IMG/VR virus record: IMGVR_UViG_3300028197_000782
Location: 1-64,000 of that record
Length of the DNA: 64,000 nucleotides
Reading direction: 5' to 3' (one strand)
Source: a virus
In this document: one piece after another, positions 53,201 to 59,400 of the stretch
How positions within the stretch are numbered: position 1 is the first letter of the stretch
Layout: every line of letters starts with the position of its first letter
Translations under genes and position numbers: made by a program
The notes under the pieces: generated by a model
Told to the model about the DNA's origin: nothing
Seen by the model: the letters and a program-made list of their open reading frames with translations, nothing else
Database searches by the model: none

Positions 53201-53447
53201 TTTTAGGCAAGGCGCTTGGGACACTGGAAAAAGAAGCAGCACCAAATCTTGGTTCAGAAAAAGTTTCAGATGTTTCCCCTAAGCCTCTACGAAAACTAAC
53301 AATAGTTAATGAAGCGAGAGATTTAAACCTAGTGGTTACTTGAGGTTTTGCCTTAAGCTTAACTTTTTTTACAAGATGACCTCGGACCCTACTGGTTCCT
53401 GTCATCCTGACTTTAAAAGAATCTTGATCCGCACATCTAACTGACAT
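41205..53447 (-). CDS. Giant (4080 aa) virion/adhesin-like protein with FG-GAP-like repeats and a LamG-like segment
   Basis: FGSSV..MLAVGVP, RFGHDVAIS..IVIGSP, LGYSV..IAIGCP, LFGYKV..YVGSP, MFGADI..AISAP, GAVYVFE; GAIFSKWD lectin-like segment. Confidence 0.7.
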   Translation of the reverse strand: MSVRCADQDSFKVRMTGTSRVRGHLVKKVKLKAKPQVTTRFKSLASLTIVSFRRGLGETSETFSEPRFGAASFSSVPSALPKIMRGDSDVSFNAQREFTKKPPRILPEQLFDIDSVEYKQSGLDGIPDSVYDPATSNNHIYTYTGSPQTIHRIFARCQSGSNLRASMNVPITNFAAKFDSKGTMKIKFFEKMKGHAKKLSLMDFASGFIQKLYPIKDEDIEHDGISLVDEKLGNSGIYRSIDEGVFVGNVLQNGGTGYFLSDKNSSYITPSSINTAGSFQYKFEVTNPTMTPMESVLVFRAAAPLFNYDGNNPPKYDIKNIKFLDPSGDLIAKYKDISVIGEQDYTIHPNLQRDWFTLVTEPEEFYAGTGLDRFDYPIVNENSGYLLAFDVDATCFHEPFDKKFDGGFEDNCDLTRKFVPSSPNDYLSLDGAPLSTRTQGYQLNPTNALRISSIEIVNEGLSSGLLHDGQLNIVLMPQPTGQRLERALSPTRVLTSSYNNNIYPTGIVNVWKSSADADGNVYYTSSDNAEGVFKDRLANRFVDGWITLDSITPVSESGKLQLLYKNAKPQSVKEKTGGAFFIGQRYGGSDFGTAKVAMVEPDDSVFIVEEITLRISAKKGSTLHDDFPIDVVGYSDDGVLAITSEQGGFLQNAEVGSGIIPSHSGFLPTDDLGISNHPISDKDAYFQESIIEHAAGDHYKIGNPVVTGINFETYDVPLKIYNDSVRLGRSKDYSMSTYFESLYLDIYPIPSGASIQRADLIIKYAPAGAFPLTTAGYLSKKFADRTGRLYPDTKKDTDSITNSMSHGLSLLENVPHGYTQIEDTLKTNYSRRWRGCTGQVDDSPFDAEAFDFSYERNTKNQPFLLGYFDFNKVVNNAFMDDFGDVSISGLFNSNISDSLTRNIGLRFNNSSLFDSNIRSYKTIDWCPTGHELEGKILDAYDNVLRCSGVDGYLNFGDTPTSEGFTVYTKFSPDVTVSGTSPNYNLWNSGAIFSKWDSGSDLEYALGYKDGYLTAYAKEKNSSNIIEISDTLSYDNYQYPLGVVLTYNQRGDNKLRLYTKNEIVSDVDILRAESNAFVMHSGTSDLTFSYSAGSGVGFNAFISEIGISDINASGHANIIDSTKVPDASVQEHTILDFFRSNSINFWDGSDNLFRFVDEKTDDWKLGSFKYCQFGPDFDVMSKRIGTDYIYHSFHNHGKTYADLTNIDLPPTVNASGLAYHTQIENDMIRVQLSGREDRFYAVSPRIVKDLPRSYLFAEDSLLVNTILQHSCDDNIVWPDGKVGAKLIASLYAPTKESAYSASTNFGLVSRDVHYVTPEDCWIKIKSRFTLEQYTDSDSEPWAFFDKRITKKEFSENYFGRDIDEMFVQYDLVYPSGSYEHSEIKIHSLDIKMDDIILFEDKSNEHLNVYTSGDAYSAGSLNMTWAEGAVKEVIAAGGFGSVMFGNHETYTLPDLSVNLYTSGNIYTQHSSDMNIYASGWSGGYANLNLHNGGGLAESGILNLSNLGGFSVANNLRDPFTLYSEGLFSDAIQSLSSVNLYTRGINASDQSFNTNADSFSIFILGGHGATNFPITVNNSINFYVSGPDENPISISDSLALEVQGRPILETITSNINLYTYHVQPVGKEEGQLEAFTWNGQNYGFEIYVDDNQYASIPANDEIRGVNTMCYGDCDTNAGVSCTETAIVTHDTTWYVPECAEGGVIRPVRVYSNVEAGYDKEYYGIRKFTNLIPNAPYNLVITGQSAGSEIIDVPRELQEWNYGKSESSGIIPPEVNYSGIQLLEKISNRFSDNKFGSSVKIVQDMLAVGVPYADNIVGVNDTLNSDLASRPVESHGKIYVYRRNLAPSGYDWSEQDDQAQWAVEQEIVLPTGWRRDYFTTTTATFTDDSGQTLPFTGTIRNWINSGEGRELGHSVDATKVGDKEVIVAGGPGSKWTRTFSPVTTTPVSIGLMVFNNELQPNVSPWQNVLKALKDRDILYRYFADPAVEFDIKIMILEPHLGSDIPFESSEEFNTPQPDFVTKHLTTRHWNLSTTSQDWIDAEATMLQEMKNIFHDTFSTNASALHNGVPPLMGFFVDDSFSLGSDRVGYYTNGFKGALNKFIDYYYSYSKANGVKDFGSGGAGTGDATEGYASVTVSSSESNWVSQSIRCLRDLTDIPTLKAANKHTLIATNLGTFNVSASEFNNPPPSGGAVYVFEKDNATSSFELRQEIQSPVTYSDDVSDRFGHDVAISKDGNIIVIGSPYTESAVQVFQRQSDYESRLQTRIFNNLPSFLSAESNKEIIDATFGEGYTLNNKYNNEKAPTGTNNALKLSIFNEMSESLKFMFYRTYNIKPYSKIKSLSYSEVYPDRGGAWSQLYSRYIPTPRLGYSVDTNDDGSMIAIGCPTDSLGERDNTITWFRYDTAYGNTQPWQWQNYTNAGAVRLIESRDYYPHRDKAVEFYKYGNLHEDLASENDKYLYFENIKQMLSSRGIDYSRTSFAEDQKIPEDAGLAFIITPAVDSNSDEIINNIKEWLSKGDRHLVLVADDPRYEGDGIFFDSTNIINTILQRLDINLQVHPARDSREALIESTNAYFNVQSSFNPAKSTSVIARRGSRLKGYGVGDIKHYREDIVDLYSCSLPFGMKKSSDPFAILEQIDGVSSSRAGRKLLYRDMHDKCNLPIKHEGDLRAEYKDQCVYVTPKGETSFITYHRNIGYAYGTHNTSNWGCNRPEIPKISTNPNDRPKNEPVPILAAYESVKKTINVSAVPERERIERYVVGYDTTTNISFDYGNTPYSGISFLWQADLDNEGSYSGINFVNVDHNINDINSDSLFFDPLATASANGISDGLLMAKASTPFKDVEESITVGKFDMVNEERYRPGAVENSQVVLIATTYTERKDVLLASDGDRNLLAYYNILAYGSKMNQNGFYAKIAQVGGFTDRKSYKDGYIKSDIAFQMYSMGIDSRDLNVDVDKLTAEYLEYDIAWIANTDKMPSDEDIQHIKNFLDLGNKRLIITYGQEPNKETKNDGLTPFMIRAANVAAYICKELGISMKPKFLNGKNRYAQRSDVVTNSSTRDLFSAFTLYGNARSRFPSGGASFITNVPPYNRLGIGTTLNHEIIPIQRNNSSLLGGKSNSISDIEIVSKGKPRLHTGISKATFNVPDHNSILSHDLGREVEDDLYLFRLFFTVQSVTETEIEPIEVYVENGRRGITFSGQGTGRTPTRIIGGIEDKVGNSTSILDYSDDNLSASTQIKQAAWKYLEASSTPKTYEVDVQLPSGGQIDMYFTGTKFYRTLEENPDQKRTTRLLGVSGVRLPLETKTNNTSVPIFEHRTVSIPSIPGFSYEQDLIRQISTDSSKYCAENNSEVCAEADPAGYGIDGDAPVIADGPVVVAQQVYDQGGFFSGYNKSRVTVISDASIIQGRNILNEDEFIVDDLANFLASLYPRTYQYYQDDFFGSDEFSQTKFYPNAYKIISPERASPSRLVNALPDNSGLNARFGGYDSAGIGVDKYSDTEGKKDIETPPGREIPYQPFDGMLSLMEAEDAGKFRKRPDAPRLPPSHYFSIPPYTYGGLTRAEYEQKWYVDEFLQYQTYWSSTSKIQDVYNGQTYVDAGLSERIPPLLRAAGHDHLDFDVFNSGYPGDLFGYKVTIHKNKLYVGSPFTPYNNETITPWSGILDNGSLTGVEVGHNGGAGAVYVIEKVGNVGDGVGSIQGSSAVTTGIPWKTTSKFRPDELGVGFMNTDATALSGIIGTHSYTDSFIENNAFVSDMFGADIVLDGDLMAISAPGHDFNTFFEINSGEFVNKAFNEQFAIETRTKHDFAKQSVRDAYPNSGLTVLNNGAVFTYENKIDDWGSKQQAWTQIQKLNPLEDLDLSQGSSENNYFGTSLSLYRSRRSDSDYTLAIGSKNHSVPTSGNIGAVYTNDAMLRKLRPGFSHPDTSLKGKVFGVYRDKDEYIEFDFTNGTVPNATHRFEGLVFSNEQGEIFIEASGQDKVERGYVTHRPFIKQIRGVYEFGSGERARLNLFNEGAPFNTSGIINLFSRGPETGNVYNNVGLYGISALDSSGILQLYASGIQNLESSGILPLSVSGSLSGGTGILNLYGYGGF

Positions 53448-53457
53448 ATATTATTCC

Positions 53458-56400
53458 TTATCCTACAGTGCCTTCTCTTTGTACTACTGGTTCATTGCCT
53501 ACAAAGAGATTTTTAAGTTTGGTAGAAACTTCAGCCATAATTTCTTGCTTTGCTTGTGCTGTGATACTTTTCAAAGCCTCACCTCCATTTATATTAACAT
53601 TCACATCTACGGGTGCGCCAAATGTAATGTTGATATTCATAGCTTCCAACCTATCCACCTGAGCTTTGAATGACTCATTAAATCCTGCCAAGTTCTCACC
53701 AAAACCATCTAGTCCAGATAAATCTAAACCACCTCCCAAAGCACTAGATAGGTTTTGAATGGAAGTATTTAAAGGACCAATGGCTCCCGTTAACGGACTA
53801 ATAGCTCCTGTCAACCCAGCTGTCAACGCATTAAACGGAGCAGTAATAGCAGAAGTAACAGAATCGCCAACATCACTTACCGCTCTTAATGGTGCGGTAA
53901 TGCCACTAATTAAGCTATCTAACACACCTTTTTGATCTGTAGCTGCTACGGATACTCCACCTGTATCGGGTGTTGCGTAGGCTGCTGTAATTATTTTCTT
54001 TAGCTCGTCTAAGCCCATTGAATTAATACTATCAACCTGTTCTGGACTAGTTGCTAGTGAAGCGGCTTGTTCTCTAAGTCTAGTAAGGTCCGAAGGTCCA
54101 GATGATGCCAAAGAACTCATTTCATTTAAATTAACAACAAATACTTTTTGTACATCCCCTTCAACCTGTTTTTGGATTCGTTCAAATTCTGACTGCATTT
54201 GACTAGGCTTAGATTCAGCTTGTTGGTCTGGTGGTGGAGTGGCTCCAGCAGCGGGAGATGAAACAGTAGGATCAAGACCCTGTTGTTCCATAGCAGCACC
54301 AACTGGATCAGTGAAAGGATTGACAATAGGCTTGCCAGTAGCAGGATCAAATTTCTCAGTAGGAGGAGGAGTAGTAGTAGTAGTAGGTGTGTTTGCTTCT
54401 ACTTCATCTACTGCTTTCTGGACTTGTTTGTTTGCTTCTCGTTCTTGTATTTTAGCAGCTTCCAACATGTTTGATGTTGCTGTTTTTAAGTTTCCAGTGG
54501 ACTGTGGCAATGTGCTAGCCAAATCTCTAGCTGCGGCTTTTGCTGCTTCAGCTTCTGGGCTTGTTCCAGTTGCAGCTTCTGCCATCCCCTGAGCTACACC
54601 GGGAGCTAATCCAGCACTAGAGAGTCCCATGCCAACAGCGTTCTGTCTAACCTGACCAATATCCTGACCCATAAAGGAAGTCACGCCAGCTTGCTGCATT
54701 TCTTCTAGTTGTTTATTAGCTGTACCAAATGCAGACATTCCAAACTGATTAGCTAAAGTTGGATCGCCAATCGCTGCTGCGGCGGCTGCACCTTTACCAG
54801 CCATAGTATCAAGAAAACCTTCGATATCATTACCAAGTAATTGTTCTGCTGCTTTTTTCTCAGCAGCATTTTTAGCATTGATAACTTTAATTTCATCTCT
54901 TTTTACATCTATCAACGCCTTGGTAAGTTGGTAATTTTCTTCAGCAGCTTTTTGAAGTCTTTCTTCATCGGCTTGGAATTGAGGAGAATTAATTGTAGCT
55001 TGAGCTTCTTTGTCACCTGCGGCTGCTTCATTTCTGGTTATTCGTTGTTCTTCCTGTTTTTTAGCAATTTCATCATTTCTATTTCTTATTTCATCGGCAC
55101 TTCCAGAAGTCATCTGAGACAAGCCAACATCTGCACCTGTAACATTCAACTTATCAACAATAGCTTGAGACTGTTGCTGTGGAGTTACTTGAGGTCCACC
55201 AAACTCTGCCATGATTTCAGCAGCTTCTAGAGTCACATCAATTTGCTTTTTTACTGCACTAGCCAACTCATCTTCTAAATCCAATCTCTTTCTTTGAACT
55301 TGTGCTAGTTTATCAGAAGCTTCTGCTAAAGCTTCTAAAGCTGGAAGAACTTGATCAAGAGTAGTATCTCCTAGATCTGCCAGCACTTTATCAAGAACTG
55401 CAAAATTACCAGCCATGATTTCGTCTAGATCTTCATTTTTAATATCAGCTCCCTTTAGAGCGTCTAAAATACGTTCTTTAACGTCTTCTCCAACTCCATC
55501 CATTTGTCCAACTACAGCATCAGCAAAAGCTCCTCTTCTGTCTCCAGCATTACCGGGACCGCCAGCTCCTCTTTTGAAATCTGCAACCAAAGAGTCTTTA
55601 GCCGATTTACTAGCACTAACGAAGAATTTCTGAGCTGTATTAATAGCCTTAATATTTTCTCTAAACTTAGTAGCATCTCCACCAAGCCTTTCAATTTGAG
55701 AAGAAGCATGATTAACAGCTTCCTCAAAAACACCAGCTTCCATTCCCTGAGCTGCGTTTGTCACACCGGCTTTCAAAGTATTAATGGTCTGGTCCATCCT
55801 GCTAATACTACCATCAAAACCATCAACTAAATTACTCATACCTAGATTAGCGGCAGAAGCTGCGGCATTAATTCCTTGAAATCCTAGATTCATAGCATCA
55901 AATGCTGCTTTTGTTCTTTCAGCTTCTTTTGTGATATTATCAAAAGCTTTCTGAAGTTCGTCTTGATCTGCCAACTCTGCAAGTGCTGGATTCGCTGCTT
56001 GAAGTTGAGCCATGAAGGTGTTGAAGTCACCACCTGTAGCAGCTACCTGTTTGCCTAAAGCGTTAATAGCTGGTTGACTTTGGGAGATTGCTTCTTGAGA
56101 TAATTTATCCTGTTCTTTATTGTTCTCATCAATCTGTGCTTGAGCCTTATCCTCATTTTGCTTAGTAGTGCCAAAGCCGAAACTAAAACCTGTAAGACCA
56201 ACCATGAAATCACCAACAGCACTAGCAGCCGTTCTGGTATTTTTCATTAACGCAGTATTAGCTTCGATATTTGCCTGTCGAGAAGCAAGCACCGCAGCTG
56301 TGCCAGCACTAGTAGCAGCTAAAGCTTCAGCAGCTGAGATGTTTCCAGCTTGAAAATCCTTCATGGCGGCAGTAGCTTCTTTGCTTGATTCTGCTAATGC

Positions 56401-59400
56401 CTTGTGAGCAGCTGATTGAAGTGCAGCCGCTTTTGCTGTTTTAGTTAATACTTCTTTAGTTTTATCAAATGGGATAAAAAAGTCTCCAGAAAAATAACCA
56501 ATAACAGCACCAACAGCTATGCCTAGAGGACCAAAAATAGCCCCAGCAGCAGCACCAACTGCCATGCCCGTAGCAGCAGCTTTTCCTGATTCTCCCTCCG
56601 CTTGCGTTCCAGCTTGTTTTACGGCTTCGTCAACATCACCCTTTTCTATCGCTTTTTCTTTTCTAGCTTTGGCAGCAGAAGCTACAGCGCCACTCCACAT
56701 ATACATAATAGCTATAGCAGCAGTTAAAGCTGCAACAAAAGCTATGACAGGAAGAGCAAGTAATGCCACTGGACCAGCAAGGGCCAAACTTGCAGTTCCT
56801 AATGCCATATTCCCTAGCATAGCAAAAAAGCTTCCACCAGCTTCTGCCACATCAGCTGTAGTAGCAACTGCACTACCTACAGCCTCTCCCAAATCAGTTG
56901 CGGTAGCAGCTGCACTTCCTCCAGCCTCTACTACATCAGCTGTAGTAGCAACTGCACTACCTCCAGCCTCTGCAACATCAGAAGTAGCAGCAGCAGCACT
57001 AGCAACAGCTTGAGCTTGCATCGAACTTGACGCTCCAAATATAGACGGAAGTAACTTTGAAGCAAAACTTCCAGCCACCTGTAAACCAGCAAGTCCTGCT
57101 TTTGCCATACTTTTTACAAAATCAGTTGATAAGAGCATTGCCACCATACTAAGCTGCATAGCCATATCGTTTACGCTATGTAAGAAATAATCCATAGGCC
57201 CAGAAGCTTCATCAATTACCGGAAGAAACATGGAGAAGGCAGCTTGTAGAGCAAAGACACTCATCATCATGCCTTCCATGCTCATTTTTGTTTTACCAGT
57301 TGATTCTTTTAAATTTTTTGATGCTTTAATAGATTCAGCTGCTTCTTTCTTATCTGCTTCAGCAGCTTCCAAACTTGCTTTAATTTCTTTATTAGTAGCA
57401 TCAAGTGCTTTTAGTTTAGCATCATTGTTTTGTAGCGTAGTCGTAGCTGCTGTAGCTTCAGCCTGAGTGATTTGACCAAGAGCTGCTAATTGAGTGACGT
57501 TAGCTTGAGTGAGTTGATTTTGAGTAGAAGCTGTATTGAGAATAGCAGTTACCAAACTGGTCATCGACTGAGTGGCGACCATTGAAATTTCACCTAGAAC
57601 ACTGATCCCAGCTGCACTGATCATTGAACTTTCACCTAGAGCATTGATCCCAGCTGTATTGAATCCTTCTACTCCACCTCCATTTTCAAATCTTTGTACA
57701 ATACTACCAACTGGACCGCCCTTATTAAACTTGGCGATTTTATTCATCTGACCAAGCTTACCATATCCAATATTTTGTGCTGACTTTTTATTAATTACAA
57801 ACTCACCCGGAGTCAACAAGGCAGGAACTGTATCTGGACCTTCTGGGCCAGTACTTCCCATAGCTCGTTTTTTTCTTCTTAATGAATCTTTGGAAGCGGC
57901 TTTGTCTCTATTCTGTGATAGCTTGCTATTTTTATCAAACTTGTTGTGTTCTTCTCCTTTGGCCTCTTTAGCTGCATCTTTAGCTTCAGCTTCAGCTATC
58001 AATTTATTTGCAACAGTAGACCTAAAGCCCTCTACTAATTTGTTAACACCTTTTTTAGCCAAACTTCCCAAAGCATCTTCGTTAAATGTTCTTTTGGCAT
58101 CTGCAATTCTTGTGCCATCCATACCAAATACAGGAGCAGCAGATCCTAAGCCTAGTGGATAATCAAAAGTTGCATTAGCAGCGTCACGCTGTTCATTAAA
58201 TGGTTGGTCTGATAAACCAGTAATAAATGCTTCAAATATATTGCCTTCAACCTGTGCTGGATTAGCTTGTTGATAACCTGTACTAAACTTACTTGGATTA
58301 AATTTAGGAGTACCGCCAAACGATTTAGTAGCAAATTCACTAGCAAATTGTGCTATACTGTTCTTAAGTCCTGCCTGAAAGCCTTCAGCAACCTGCGTGT
58401 TCAAGGAACCAGACTGTACATCAATTTTAAGCGCTCTGCTAAGTTTTCCTATTTCTGCCTTCTCTGAATCTCTAAGGCGAGGTGAGCCTGTTTTGTTACT
58501 TGTGAGGTTACTTAAACCCCTTGCAATTGGTTCCTCTAGTTTTGCAGTATCGCCAGCCTGAAGCGTTGCCATTAAATTTTTCACAACACCTTGAGGCTGT
58601 AGGAATGCACCTCCAATGTCTAAATCAGAGTCGCCAACATTCTTGTCTCCAGCAGCTTTCAGTGTTGCAGAAATGTCTTGCCCATCTATTTGGAATCTTG
58701 CCCCTACTCCTTCATCGCCTAATTTTTCTTGAACAGTCTGTTTTTTTCTTGCTTTTTTAGCCGTTTTACCATAAGTATGTCTACCTCTTGTAACAATGCC
58801 ACCAGCAGCATACTTATTCATAGCCTCCAAATTGCCAGCACCTAGCTTCGCAACACTATCTTTTTTAATGACAAACTCTCCCGGCATCAGCATAGCTGGA
58901 ACAGTATCTCTATTACCAGTTCCGGGGACAGATCCACCTCTGGCAAACTTCATTACTTTGCCACCCTTACTGAATGCGCCCAGCATGGCAGGAACGCCAT
59001 CACTATCACCAGTAACTGGAACTTGACCTCCTCTGGCAAGCTTCGTTGCTTTACTACCCTTATTCGTAGCCTTTAAATTGCCAGCGCCTAACTTCGCAAC
59101 GCTATCTGGACGAACTGTAGCAAATTGCTTATATGAATATTGCAGTGGTACTGCTGAACCTTTCCAGCTAGCAGGGTCTGGGCTTGGGAAATCTTCTTCC
59201 TTAGCGTATGAACCCGTATATAATTGTGCTTGTGGAACTATACTTTTGCTAACCGGCCTACCATCTTTGCTTCTACCCGAATTAAAGTAAGTACCCCAAA
59301 TTTTAGTTAGTGCAGATGCACTTACTCTGCTTCTGTCTGAAACTAAGCTTCCTCCTTGCTTCGTCGCTTGTTGCATAGCAGCGTCATATAAAGCTCTGCC

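Noticed and set aside
54355-54395. GGA/GTA trinucleotide run
   Set aside because: It simply encodes a PTTTTTPPP linker within the tape measure protein.
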